From assembly GCA_040902205.1 (NCBI GenBank), contig JBBDXR010000008.1, forward strand, positions 49,677 through 113,676: a stretch of DNA of 64,000 nt, read 5' to 3'. A program made the translations under genes and the position numbers. This DNA is from Anaerolineales bacterium. GTDB lineage: Bacteria > Chloroflexota > Anaerolineae > Anaerolineales > UBA11579. Under the pieces are notes generated by a model. The model had not been told where the DNA came from, did not search any database, and worked only from the letters and a program-made list of their open reading frames with translations. Shown here one piece after another: positions 1 through 11,032 of the stretch. Every line of letters starts with the position of its first letter. Positions within the stretch are counted from its first letter, which is position 1.

Positions 1-1044
1 GCGAACGTGCTCATTTCTGCCGAGGAAGGCCGCCTCAAACTCTCCGCCACCGACCGCGAACTGGGCATCACCGCCTGGATCGGCGCCAAGATCGAAGAAC
101 CCGGCGCCACCACCGTCCCCGCCCGCACCCTGGTCGACCTGGTCTCCACCTTCCCCAGCGACACCATCCACATGGACCTCGTAGTGCGCACGCAAACCCT
201 GCAGCTCAAAGCCGGCCGCTCCAACGCCGAGATCAAAGGCATCGACGCCCAGGAATTTCCGCCCATGCCCGAGCCCGACAAGGCCGGCGGCATCGAAATG
301 ACCGCCGGCGACCTTAAAGAGATGATCGGGCAAGTGGCCTTCGCCGCTTCCAAAGATGACGCCCGCCCCGTGCTCACCGGCGTGCTGGTCACCGTCGAAG
401 GCAAGACCATCACCATGGCGGCCGCCGACGGCTTCCGCCTCTCCGTGCGCACCGCCGAACTGCCCGCCGCGGTGGATAAACCCATGCGCGCCATCGTGCC
501 GGCCAAAGCCCTGCACGAGCTGGCCCGCATCGCCACCGACGACAAAGAGCAAGTGCGCATGATGCTGCCCACCGGCCGCGGCCAGGTCATCTTCAGCCTG
601 AAGAACGCCGAACTGCGCTGCCAGTTGGTCGAAGGCGCCTTCCCCGATTACCAACAGATCATTCCCGGCGGGCACAAAACGCGCACCGTCGTTTCCACCG
701 AAGCCTTCCTCAAGGCCGCCAAGCAATCCGAGATCTTCGCCCGCGAAAGTTCCCACATCGCCCGGCTGGACATCAAGCCCGGCGAGGGCAAGAGCCCCGG
801 CACCGTGGAGATCTCCGCCCAATCTGAGGAGACCGGCTCCAACGACAGCAAGATGGACGCCATCGTAGATGGCGTGCCCGTGGTCATCGCCTTCAACGTG
901 CGCTTCCTGCGCGAAGCGCTGGACGTGATGAAGACCGCCGACGTGGCCATCGAGACCAGCGCGGCCGCCGCGCCCGGCGTCATGCGCCCCGTGGGCAAAG
1001 ACGATTTCCTGCACGTCATCATGCCCATGCACTTGGGCAAATAG
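1..1044 (+). CDS. dnaN: DNA polymerase III beta subunit (sliding clamp), 5' end outside window
   Basis: Frame 1 is open from the window edge. The translation shows clamp hallmarks (LKLSATDRELGI, AADGFRLSV, EGAFPDYQQIIP, C-terminal FLHVIMPMHLGK). Stop TAG at 1042-1044. Confidence 0.93.
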   Translation, partial: ANVLISAEEGRLKLSATDRELGITAWIGAKIEEPGATTVPARTLVDLVSTFPSDTIHMDLVVRTQTLQLKAGRSNAEIKGIDAQEFPPMPEPDKAGGIEMTAGDLKEMIGQVAFAASKDDARPVLTGVLVTVEGKTITMAAADGFRLSVRTAELPAAVDKPMRAIVPAKALHELARIATDDKEQVRMMLPTGRGQVIFSLKNAELRCQLVEGAFPDYQQIIPGGHKTRTVVSTEAFLKAAKQSEIFARESSHIARLDIKPGEGKSPGTVEISAQSEETGSNDSKMDAIVDGVPVVIAFNVRFLREALDVMKTADVAIETSAAAAPGVMRPVGKDDFLHVIMPMHLGK

Positions 1045-1103
1045 TCCCCGTTCTTATCGTGCCATCCTGAGGCGGCACCTTTCGTCATTGCGAGGAGGGC
1101 GCC

Positions 1104-1126
1104 CAGCTTCGCCTTTAGCGAAGCTG
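1104..1126. other. Perfect 9-bp stem / 5-nt loop hairpin (CAGCTTCGC-CTTTA-GCGAAGCTG) downstream of dnaN
   Basis: Inverted repeat read directly from the sequence. No T-tract follows on either strand, so it is not a canonical intrinsic terminator. Confidence 0.6.
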
Positions 1127-1219
1127 CCCGACGTGGCAATCTCAAACACGAATTGCTATTGAGTACTAGCCTGGGGTGTCACTCATGCGGCACGCGGATT
1201 ACAATGCTTTGAAATCTGC

Positions 1220-3553
1220 ATGACGCTCCCGCTCACTTCCCTCGATCCCACCTACCGCATCTACCTGACTCTGGCGCAGTACCCGCTGCTGCGGCGGCGC
1301 ATCCGCAGCAAGATGCGCCAGGAACTGTTCAAGCGCGGCATCCTTTCCGCCGAAGCCCTGGAGGAGCTGGTCAACCAGCAGGCCGCCGATTCACAGGTAC
1401 GCGAAGGCATCACCGGCGGGGCGAACGAAGAAGCCAGCGACGATTGGAAGCAGCGCCTCGACACGGTGCGCGAACACCTCACCGACCTGCACTTCGCCAA
1501 CAATCTCCCCTACGACATCTTCGAAGACCTGGTCAAACAGGTGCTGGCCGAGCGCGGCGCCGAAAGCGAAGACCTGCAGCGCACCTTCAACCCGGAATTG
1601 GCGCCGCAGGAGGCGCTGTTCGATCAGGCCGGGGTGATCGCCAACCTGCCGCCCAAAGAGCGCGCCCGCCACGAAGCCCGCGAACGCGAGATCAAAGTCG
1701 TACTGATCCGCTCGATGATCTCGGACCAGCTGGCCTACCTCAACATCGCCAAAGAATGGTTCTCGCTGGACGATTTGCTGGCCATCCGGCGGCACAAGAT
1801 CGGCAAGGGCAAGATAGGAGGCAAGGCGGCCGGCATGCTGCTGGCCCTGCGCATCCTGCGCAAGGTGGCCGAGAAGGACATCGCGCTGAACGTCACCATC
1901 CCCGAATCTTATTTCGTGGGCGCGGACGTGATGTACGCATTCATGGCGCACAACGGCATGATCCACTGGGCCGACCAGAAATACAAAGAAGTCGAGCAGA
2001 TCCGCGACGAATACCCCATCATCCAAAAGGAATACGCCGCCGGCACCTTCCCCGATGAGGTCAAAAGCGAACTGGCGCAGTTGTTGGAGCGGGTGGGCAG
2101 CGCGCCGATCATCGTCCGCTCTTCGAGTTTGCTCGAAGATAACTTCGGTTCCTCGTTCGCCGGCAAATACGCCAGCTACTTCTGCCCCAACCAAGGCACG
2201 CCCGAAGAGAACCTGAACGCCACCATGCGCGCCATCGCCGCGGTGTACGCCAGCGGGCTGAACCCCGACGCGCTGCTCTACCGCCGGGCGCACGGTTTGC
2301 AGGACTACGATGAGCGGCTGGCCGTGCTCATTCAAGTGGTGCAAGGGGAAGCGTACGGCCGCTATTACTTCCCGCACCTGGCCGGCGTGGCCTTCAGCCG
2401 CAACCTGTTCCGCTGGTCGCCCAAGATCAAACGCGAGGATGGCTTTCTGCGGCTGGTGACCGGGCTGGGCACCCGCGCCGTGGAGCACGTAGGCAACGAT
2501 TACCCGCGCCTGGTGGCCCTGAGTCACCCTGAATTGCGCGCCACCGCCGACGTGGATTCCCTGCTCGGCTATTCGCAACACAGCATGGACGTGGTCGACC
2601 TGCAAGAGAACAGCTTCAAGACCTTGCCTATCGGAGAGGTCCTGGATGCGAAGCATCCCCATTTGAGGCTGCTGGCCTCGGTGTACAAGGACGGCGAGCT
2701 GCGTCCCATTCGTTTGGGGTCGGATAGCGAAGGGGGACGGCTGGTGCTCACGTTGGACGGCGTACTGCGCTCCACGCCGCTGGCCGAGCGCATGCGCCGG
2801 GCGCTCAAACATCTGGAGAAGTACTACAAGTCGCCGGTCGACATGGAGTTCACGGTGCAATTGCAGGCGGGCAAGGGCAGCAAAACCGAGACGCGGCTCT
2901 TCATTTTGCAGTGCAGGCCGCAAAGCCACCTGCAAGAGGAGGCCGTGAAGCTGCCGGAGCGCCTGGACCAAAAGCAGGTGATCTTCGCGACCAGCAAGAT
3001 GGCGCCGCACGGCAAGGTGACAGGCATCCGCTACGTCCTGTTCGTCCCGCACGAGGGCTATTACGCCTTGCCCACTGCCGAGGCGCGCCACGAGTTGAGC
3101 CGCGCCATCGGCCGCCTGAACAGCGTGCTGAAGGGCGAGAGCTTCATCTGTGTGGGGCCGGGGCGCTGGGGCACGGTAAACGCGGACCTGGGAGTGAGCG
3201 TGTCCTACGCGGACATCTATAACACCCGCGCCCTGGTGGAGATCTCAGGCAAAGGCGTCGGGTCCGCCCCGGAACCCTCCTATGGCACCCATTTCTTCCA
3301 GGACTTGATCGAGTCGAACATCTTTCCGGTGGCGGTGCATCTGGATGACCGCGACTCGGCGTTCAACCGGGGGTTCTTTTATGATAGCGCGAACAGCCTG
3401 ACCAAGTGGCTCCCCGAGTTGGAAAGCCTGCAGAACACATTGCGCCTGATCTCCGTTGATGAAGTTACGCGCGGGCATGTGATGGAGCTTATAATGGATT
3501 CAGATGCGGGGCGCGCGGTAGCGTTTCTAAAACCGGAGGACCAGGACGCATGA
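1220..3553 (+). CDS. PEP/pyruvate-binding (PPDK_N-type ATP-grasp) domain protein, function unknown
   Basis: 777-aa ORF with motifs KIGGKAAGMLL, IIVRSSSLLEDNFGSSFAGKY, LAGVAFSRN and ILQCRPQ, typical of the PEP synthase / PPDK nucleotide-binding domain. No GGxTSH swivel-histidine motif is seen. A distinct C-terminal module is present (GPGRWGT...YGTHFFQDL). Confidence 0.75.
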   Translation: MTLPLTSLDPTYRIYLTLAQYPLLRRRIRSKMRQELFKRGILSAEALEELVNQQAADSQVREGITGGANEEASDDWKQRLDTVREHLTDLHFANNLPYDIFEDLVKQVLAERGAESEDLQRTFNPELAPQEALFDQAGVIANLPPKERARHEAREREIKVVLIRSMISDQLAYLNIAKEWFSLDDLLAIRRHKIGKGKIGGKAAGMLLALRILRKVAEKDIALNVTIPESYFVGADVMYAFMAHNGMIHWADQKYKEVEQIRDEYPIIQKEYAAGTFPDEVKSELAQLLERVGSAPIIVRSSSLLEDNFGSSFAGKYASYFCPNQGTPEENLNATMRAIAAVYASGLNPDALLYRRAHGLQDYDERLAVLIQVVQGEAYGRYYFPHLAGVAFSRNLFRWSPKIKREDGFLRLVTGLGTRAVEHVGNDYPRLVALSHPELRATADVDSLLGYSQHSMDVVDLQENSFKTLPIGEVLDAKHPHLRLLASVYKDGELRPIRLGSDSEGGRLVLTLDGVLRSTPLAERMRRALKHLEKYYKSPVDMEFTVQLQAGKGSKTETRLFILQCRPQSHLQEEAVKLPERLDQKQVIFATSKMAPHGKVTGIRYVLFVPHEGYYALPTAEARHELSRAIGRLNSVLKGESFICVGPGRWGTVNADLGVSVSYADIYNTRALVEISGKGVGSAPEPSYGTHFFQDLIESNIFPVAVHLDDRDSAFNRGFFYDSANSLTKWLPELESLQNTLRLISVDEVTRGHVMELIMDSDAGRAVAFLKPEDQDA

Positions 3554-4215
3554 AGCATTTCGTGGCGGTGGCAGGCAACATCGGCGTGGGCAAATCCACG
3601 CTGGTGGGGAAATTGTGCGCCCGCCTGGAATGGCAACCCTATTACGAACCGGTCGCCGAAAACCCCTACCTGGAAGATTTCTACGAGAACATGAAGGCCT
3701 GGGCCTTTCAATCCCAGGTGTTCTTCCTTTCACACCGGCTGCGCATGCACCTCTCGCTGCTCGAAGATGCAAAATCCGTGGTGCAGGACCGCTCGGTGTA
3801 CGAGGACGCTGAAGTCTTCGCCACCAACCTGTTCCGTCAAGGGGAGATCAGCGAACGGGATTACACGACCTACCGCAAGCTGTACAAGCTGCTGTGCGAC
3901 ATGCTGCACCCGCCGGACCTGGTCATCTACCTGCGGGCTTCGGTGCCCACGTTGCAGCGGCGCATCGCGGCGCGCGGCCGCGATTTCGAGAGCGGCATCG
4001 AGCCGGAGTACCTGCAACGACTGAATGATCTCTATGAGCAATGGATCGCGAATTTTTCGCTATGCCCAGTGCTGACCGTGCCTACGGATGAAATGGACTT
4101 TGTGGCGCATAACGGGCATTTGGAATTGATCACCCAGAAAATGGGTGAGAAGCTGATGGGGAAAGAGGAAGTGGTGTTTTCGCCGGAAGAAGTGCGCAGT
4201 TTCAGCGATTTATAG
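3550..4215 (+). CDS. Deoxynucleoside kinase family protein
   Basis: N-terminal P-loop AGNIGVGKST, then DRSVYED and YLRASVPTLQRRIAARGRDFE (dNK-family motifs). ATGA start/stop overlap with the upstream ORF at 3550-3553. Confidence 0.85.
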   Translation: MKHFVAVAGNIGVGKSTLVGKLCARLEWQPYYEPVAENPYLEDFYENMKAWAFQSQVFFLSHRLRMHLSLLEDAKSVVQDRSVYEDAEVFATNLFRQGEISERDYTTYRKLYKLLCDMLHPPDLVIYLRASVPTLQRRIAARGRDFESGIEPEYLQRLNDLYEQWIANFSLCPVLTVPTDEMDFVAHNGHLELITQKMGEKLMGKEEVVFSPEEVRSFSDL

Positions 4216-4225
4216 CAAAGATCTT

Positions 4226-5341
4226 CTAATGCCGAAGCCCGCGAGTCTCTAAGGCTGCCTGGGTCATTGGGCGGAAATCCCGGCCAAACGTGCAGGTGCG
4301 AGTAAAGGTCTTCAGGCTGAATTCGTTGCGCTCACGGTGATATGAGCGCATCGCCGTGTCCCAATCTTTCTTCCCCTGCAAATACTCATTGAGTCGCTGA
4401 GCCAAGATCACGGCGTGAGTTGACCCCTGGTCGATCCCCTGGCCGGACCAGGGGTCCATGGCCATGGCGGCATCGCCCACCAGCGCCCAGCCGTCGCCGT
4501 ATGGTATACGCAGGTAGCCGGGGATGCTGCCGGTGCCGCGCACCGGCCCTTCGCGCACAGCTGCCGAGAGGCGCGGAGAGATTTCGATCATGGCGTGCAA
4601 CTCGCGTTCCAGCCGCCCTTGCGGGTCGCTCTTGAACTCAGCGAATTCGCCAATGGGGACAGAGGCCGCCAACAGGGTCAAGCCATCGTCGCAAGGGAAG
4701 CAGTAGACTAAATGGTTACCGCGATAATGGAATTCAGCGGCAGGCCCTTCGTTCGGAGCCAGCCCGCGGTAATAGGAGTAGTACATGGCCCGGTTGACAG
4801 GTTCTTCTTGTTCGGCTTTAGCGTCCACCCATTTGGCCACCGAAGAGCGGATGCCGTCCGCGCCGACAATCACTTTCCCCGTGGCCTGATGCTTTTCATC
4901 CTCGGCTTGCCACGAGACGCCGATAACCCGCCCACTTTCTCGCAGTAGCGCATCGACCTTGGCGCCTTCGCGGAAATCGACGGCAGGGATGTGTCGAACG
5001 CGACGCACCGGGATCTGATCCAGCGTGATCCTGCGCACGCACATATAGAACGGGAATTCCTCGGGGCGGTCCACGGGTTCCGGAAAAACAATGCCATCGA
5101 TTACATTGAAATTCACTTTGAGGTGAGGCGCACTGGCCAGCACTTCGTCGAGAATCCCGGCCTGCTTGAAAGCGCGCAGCGCCGGGGCGCGAAAGAAATG
5201 AGTGGAGAGCGTATCGCTGGGGAATTTGGTGCGGTCCAGTAAGAGTACGCGGTGCTTCTGCTCGCCCAGCAGGATGGCGAGCAGCGATCCTGCGACGCGA
5301 GCTCCCACAATGATCACATCGTAATCAGGGCTGGCCTTCAT
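4226..5341 (-). CDS. FAD-dependent oxidoreductase (geranylgeranyl-reductase / aromatic-ring hydroxylase-like)
   Basis: N-terminal dinucleotide-binding motif YDVIIVGARVAGS...LLLDR, then VGADG and LVGDAAMAMDPWSGQGI motifs. Confidence 0.8.
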   Translation of the reverse strand: MKASPDYDVIIVGARVAGSLLAILLGEQKHRVLLLDRTKFPSDTLSTHFFRAPALRAFKQAGILDEVLASAPHLKVNFNVIDGIVFPEPVDRPEEFPFYMCVRRITLDQIPVRRVRHIPAVDFREGAKVDALLRESGRVIGVSWQAEDEKHQATGKVIVGADGIRSSVAKWVDAKAEQEEPVNRAMYYSYYRGLAPNEGPAAEFHYRGNHLVYCFPCDDGLTLLAASVPIGEFAEFKSDPQGRLERELHAMIEISPRLSAAVREGPVRGTGSIPGYLRIPYGDGWALVGDAAMAMDPWSGQGIDQGSTHAVILAQRLNEYLQGKKDWDTAMRSYHRERNEFSLKTFTRTCTFGRDFRPMTQAALETRGLRH

Positions 5342-5373
5342 TGTTCTTTTTGAGGAAAAGAGCCAGGCTAAGG

Positions 5374-5652
5374 TTAGTTTTTGTGATCCTGGGCGGCCGT
5401 TTTCATTTCTTCAGGCCCGAATCTTTCGACCTCGGTAACCTTCGCCACGGCCCGAAATGCCGGTGGCAAAATGGTCAGCGCCTCTTGCCGGCTGCCGATC
5501 TCAAGCAGGATCCACGCCTTGTGCTCGTTGTCGTGGCAGCCCCATTCAGCATTGGTTACAAAGTGAGAGCCCGTGGCCATAAAGGTCTGGATGGCGCGGT
5601 TACAGGCTTCTTCGGTATTCTCGTGCGGGACTTCGATCAGAAAACGGGGCAT
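5374..5652 (-). CDS. Hypothetical small protein (92 aa)
   Basis: ORF lying 32 nt upstream of, and co-directional with, the FAD oxidoreductase. No family recognised. Confidence 0.45.
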   Translation of the reverse strand: MPRFLIEVPHENTEEACNRAIQTFMATGSHFVTNAEWGCHDNEHKAWILLEIGSRQEALTILPPAFRAVAKVTEVERFGPEEMKTAAQDHKN

Positions 5653-5701
5653 GTGTACTCCTTAGACGAAAAGTGACGGAGATAATACCACTGCGCCTTT
5701 G

Positions 5702-6016
5702 CTATTCAGCAGGTTTTTCAAGAGCGGGTGGTTCCGATGGGGTGGCCGGAGCTGGCCCGCGCAATTCGACGACGAGTTTGATGGCGGTGCGCACTTTGCC
5801 ATCGATCTCCACATCGGCGAATTCGGGGGCGCAGATCACATCGTAGCCATCCTCTTTCAAGTAGCCACGCGCCAGGATCAGCGCCTTGACCGCCTGGTTC
5901 ACGGCCCCGGCCCCGATGGCCTGGACTTCAGCGCGCTTATTTTCGCGGAAAACGCCGGCTATGGCGCCGGCGACAGCGGAGGTACGAGAGGAACCCGAAA
6001 CCTTGATGATGTCCAC
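5702..6016 (-). CDS. spoVS: SpoVS-family protein
   Basis: 104 aa. MDIIKVSGSSRTSAVAGAIAGV...VQAIGAGAVNQAVKA..ARGYL matches the SpoVS family along its length. A GAGGA Shine-Dalgarno lies upstream. Confidence 0.9.
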   Translation of the reverse strand: MDIIKVSGSSRTSAVAGAIAGVFRENKRAEVQAIGAGAVNQAVKALILARGYLKEDGYDVICAPEFADVEIDGKVRTAIKLVVELRGPAPATPSEPPALEKPAE

Positions 6017-6202
6017 GTAGGTCCTCTACCAAAGGGACGGATCGGCAGTGATCCACTCCGACCCGCCTGGCCAGACATCAATTTGCAGAAATAATACAGG
6101 GTTTGCGCCGGGGAAGCAAGAATACGCGAATCGTATGCGTGAATTCTGGCGCAAACGAGAGCGCCAAAGCGCCTGTTTTACCCCTGTGATAGACTGGACG
6201 CG

Positions 6203-8578
6203 ATGGACGAAAAAGCGCTGAAGACGCTGGAATTCCATAAAGTCCTGGAGCGATTGGCGCGCCACACGGCATTTTCCTTGTCGGCCGAGTTGGCGCACGA
6301 CCTGCGCCCGCACGCAACCCTGGAAGAGGCGCAACGCCAGCTGCGCATCACCTCCGAGGCGCGTGCACTGCTAAAGGAGCAGCCGCAAACGGGAGTGGGC
6401 GGCGCTCGCGACCTGCGCGGCTATCTGGAAACAGCCAATCGGGGACAGGCGCTGATCCCTACCGAACTCTTGGATGTAAAAGGCACCTTGATCGCCGGGC
6501 GCAACCTGGCGCGCAAGTTATCGGATGGGCAGGCGGAGCTTCCTCTGCTGGCGGGGATGGCAGCCGCCATGCCGAACCCAAGCGGCGTGGTGGATGCCAT
6601 CAGCAAGGCCATTTCGGCCCGCGCGGAGATCCTCGATTCAGCCTCGCCAAAACTAGCCTCGATCCGCGGCGAACTGGGCGTGGCGCACGAGCGCTTGCTG
6701 GCGCGCATGAACAAACTGCTGACCAGCGAACCCTTCGCCAAAGCGCTGCAAGAAGCCATCGTCACGCAGCGCGATGGCCGCTACGTACTGCCTATCAAAG
6801 CCGAAGCCCGTTCGCGGGTGAAAGCCGTGGTGCACGACCAATCCGCCTCCGGGGCCACCTTGTTCGTGGAGCCATTAGCCGTAGTGGAGCTCAATAACCG
6901 CTGGCGCGAACTGCAACTGGCGGAACGGGATGAGGAACAGCGCATTTTGATGGAATTGAGCGCCCTGGTTTCGGAGCACGCCGAGGAGATCAACGCCGTG
7001 CTACAGGGGTTGGCTGCTCTGGACCTGGCCTTCGCCCGGGCCAGATACGCGGAAGAACTTGGCGCCAACTCCCCAGAGCTGGTGGCGATGCGACCGGCGA
7101 AAGACGAACTGCACCCGGGCGTGGCCATGCGATTGTTGGGGGCCAGGCACCCGCTGCTGGACGCCATCAGCGTGGTGGCCCTGGATATCGAGCTATTCCC
7201 GGGGAATTACTGCCTGGTGATCACCGGACCCAATACGGGCGGCAAAACCGTGACCTTGAAGACCGTGGGCCTGATGGCCTTGATGGGCCAGAGCGGGCTG
7301 CACATCCCAACCGACACCGGCAGCCAGTTGTCGTTTTTTGAGAACATATACGCAGATATTGGCGATGAGCAGTCGATCGAGCAATCTCTATCCACGTTTT
7401 CCGGCCATATCACTAATATCGTTCGCATTCTGAAGGCGGCCGATCAACGCTCCCTGGTAGTCCTGGATGAACTGGGCGCAGGCACCGACCCGCAGGAGGG
7501 TGCGGCGCTGGCCCGCTCCCTGCTGGATCATTTGGTGAAGCGCGGCATTACCACGCTGGTGGCCACCCATTACCCGGAACTGAAATCCTACGCGCATGCC
7601 ACCAAAGGCGTGGTGAACGCCAGTGTGGAGTTCGACCTCAAGACGCTAGCGCCGACCTACCACCTGGTGGTGGGCTTGCCCGGAAGGTCGAATGCTTTGG
7701 CAATCGCCACGCGATTGGGCTTGCCTACAGAGGTGATCGAAGCGGCGCGCAGCACCATCGACCCCAGCGAATTGCAGGCTGAAGACCTGCTGGACGAGAT
7801 CCATCGTGAGCGGGAACGCACGCGCCAAGCGCGCGGCCGCGCCGAGGAAGCGCAGCATACGGCGCAGGCGCTGAAAGCAGAGCTCGCAGGGCGTTTGGAG
7901 AAGATCGAGGACGAGCGCCTCGATGTGTTGGAAAAGGCGCGGGTGCAGGCGCAAGGCGAACTGGATGGATTGCGCGATGAGATCGGCAAATTGCGCGTGG
8001 ACCTGGCGCGCGCCGGGCAGTCCCTGGATCCTGTGCGCCAGGTGCAGGAGACGGCTGAAGAGCTGGAAGAAAAGGTAGAAGAACCGGTACGGCGTAAGGC
8101 CGTGGCCGAGTCAGCCCCGGACCGGCCCTTGCGGCTGGGAGACGAAGTGCACGTACGCAGCCTGGGCCATCGCGGCATTGTCACCGCGCTGGGTGAGGCC
8201 GAAGCCGAGGTGCAGATCGGTGCGCTGCGGGCGCGGGCGCGACTGGGGGACCTGGAGCTATTGCCGAAGGGCGAAAATGGCGATGAAGGCCGCGAACAGT
8301 GGAGCGGAGTGCAGATATTTGCCGAATCGCCGGGCGTGGAGCTTTCATTGCGCGGCCAACGTTTCGAGGATGCGGTGAATTCGCTGGACCATTATCTGGA
8401 CGAGGCTTACGCGGCAGGATTGCGTTCGGCGCGTATCATCCACGGCAAGGGCACGGGCGTGCTGCGCGAGATGGTGCGCAGCGAGTTGAAGAAGCGCAAA
8501 TACATCGATCGATATGACACTGCCATGCCCCATGAAGGCGGCGAAGGCGTGACGGTGGCTTACTTCAAAGAGAACTAG
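6203..8578 (+). CDS. mutS2: Endonuclease MutS2 (MutS ATPase + Smr domain)
   Basis: 791 aa with Walker A GPNTGGKTV, STFSGH and DELGAGTDP, a long E/R/A-rich coiled-coil, and a C-terminal Smr domain (ARIIHGKGTGVLR). Confidence 0.93.
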   Translation: MDEKALKTLEFHKVLERLARHTAFSLSAELAHDLRPHATLEEAQRQLRITSEARALLKEQPQTGVGGARDLRGYLETANRGQALIPTELLDVKGTLIAGRNLARKLSDGQAELPLLAGMAAAMPNPSGVVDAISKAISARAEILDSASPKLASIRGELGVAHERLLARMNKLLTSEPFAKALQEAIVTQRDGRYVLPIKAEARSRVKAVVHDQSASGATLFVEPLAVVELNNRWRELQLAERDEEQRILMELSALVSEHAEEINAVLQGLAALDLAFARARYAEELGANSPELVAMRPAKDELHPGVAMRLLGARHPLLDAISVVALDIELFPGNYCLVITGPNTGGKTVTLKTVGLMALMGQSGLHIPTDTGSQLSFFENIYADIGDEQSIEQSLSTFSGHITNIVRILKAADQRSLVVLDELGAGTDPQEGAALARSLLDHLVKRGITTLVATHYPELKSYAHATKGVVNASVEFDLKTLAPTYHLVVGLPGRSNALAIATRLGLPTEVIEAARSTIDPSELQAEDLLDEIHRERERTRQARGRAEEAQHTAQALKAELAGRLEKIEDERLDVLEKARVQAQGELDGLRDEIGKLRVDLARAGQSLDPVRQVQETAEELEEKVEEPVRRKAVAESAPDRPLRLGDEVHVRSLGHRGIVTALGEAEAEVQIGALRARARLGDLELLPKGENGDEGREQWSGVQIFAESPGVELSLRGQRFEDAVNSLDHYLDEAYAAGLRSARIIHGKGTGVLREMVRSELKKRKYIDRYDTAMPHEGGEGVTVAYFKEN

Positions 8579-8587
8579 ATTGTTGAT

Positions 8588-9043
8588 CTAACCCCACAGC
8601 CTGGGCTTCACCGTCATCAGGAATTCGATCAGAACCACCAAAAGGATCACCAGAATACCGATCCGATTTGTGCGTTCCTCGGCGGCCAGGTATTCAGGGC
8701 TGGTGGCCTTATCGGCCAGCGCGTTCTGCTTCTTTTGAACGGGAATGTAGAGGACGCCGGCGATGAAGCCAACCACGGCAAAAAGGACGAGGCTGGAAAG
8801 CACCCAAGGGGTGGACCAGGGGATGTTGCCGACGAGCAGCATGGCGACGCCGGTTAGGAACAGAAGCGCATAGCCGAGGTTGGCAACCTTCTCTACAGAC
8901 TCAATGCCGTGCAAGGTGAATCGAGTGGCGACGGGATCGCGGCGGGCCAGGCGCAGCCAGATGGGGTAAGTGAAATTGGCGCCCAAGGCGGCGATGGCTC
9001 CCAGGATGTGCAGCCATTTGAGGTAGGGCAAGAGCGCAAGCAT
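8588..9043 (-). CDS. Small integral membrane protein (DUF2269-like, family name from memory)
   Basis: Start moved to ATG 9043, preceded by GGAGGA plus a 5-nt spacer. Four hydrophobic helices. The upstream 42 codons of the track ORF have no support. Confidence 0.55.
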   Translation of the reverse strand: MLALLPYLKWLHILGAIAALGANFTYPIWLRLARRDPVATRFTLHGIESVEKVANLGYALLFLTGVAMLLVGNIPWSTPWVLSSLVLFAVVGFIAGVLYIPVQKKQNALADKATSPEYLAAEERTNRIGILVILLVVLIEFLMTVKPRLWG

Positions 9044-9103
9044 AGTATTCCTCCAGGCGAAGCTTCGTAGATTGTAACGGAGTAGTCGACTTATAATTAC
9101 GAA

Positions 9104-10714
<1,611 letters not shown>

Positions 10715-10720
10715 GAATGC

Positions 10721-11032
10721 ATGGCTGAACAGAACGAAAAGGTGCAGTTCGTGGTGTTCCATCGCCCGGGGCCGAAGTGGCAGCCGGGCGTCGATTTCCG
10801 CGAGCAGCCGGGGGTGATGGAACATGTGCAACATTACGCCAAGCTGCACGCCGAAGGCAAGCTGGCTGCGGGAGGCCCCTTCCTGGAAGCAGACCGCGGG
10901 GGGATGATGGTGGCAAAGGCGGAAGTGAGCCGCGAGGAGATCGAGGCTTTCGCCGCGGCCGACCCGGCAGTGAAGACCGGCCTGCTAGTGTATGAGGTCG
11001 TGCCCTGGTATACGCCGATGAGGGCGGGGTGA
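10721..11032 (+). CDS. YciI-like (YCII-related) protein
   Basis: 103 aa. The pattern FVVFHRPGP...H..Y...L...GKLAAGGPF fits the YCII domain. Confidence 0.65.
   Translation: MAEQNEKVQFVVFHRPGPKWQPGVDFREQPGVMEHVQHYAKLHAEGKLAAGGPFLEADRGGMMVAKAEVSREEIEAFAAADPAVKTGLLVYEVVPWYTPMRAG

Noticed and set aside
1045-1219. The intergenic region after dnaN as a replication-origin fragment with DnaA boxes.
   Set aside because: No good TTATCCACA-type box is present; the best match, TTATCGTGC, is poor. dnaA and the region upstream of dnaN lie outside the window, so nothing can be concluded.
1391-3091. A 566-aa ORF antisense to the PEP/pyruvate-binding gene. Similar long shadow ORFs occur at 9917-10849, 14868-15701, 51056-52072 and 55364-56182 (minus strand) and 60105-61052 (plus strand).
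   Set aside because: Their translations are low-complexity and rich in Arg, Ala, Gly, Pro and Gln. Each lies entirely opposite, or out of frame within, an ORF with strong family motifs. These are the typical stop-codon-poor artefacts of high-GC DNA.
5702-6016. spoVS as evidence for an endospore programme or a sporulation island.
   Set aside because: To my knowledge, SpoVS homologues are widespread in non-sporulating lineages such as Chloroflexota and Deinococcus-Thermus. No other sporulation gene is nearby.
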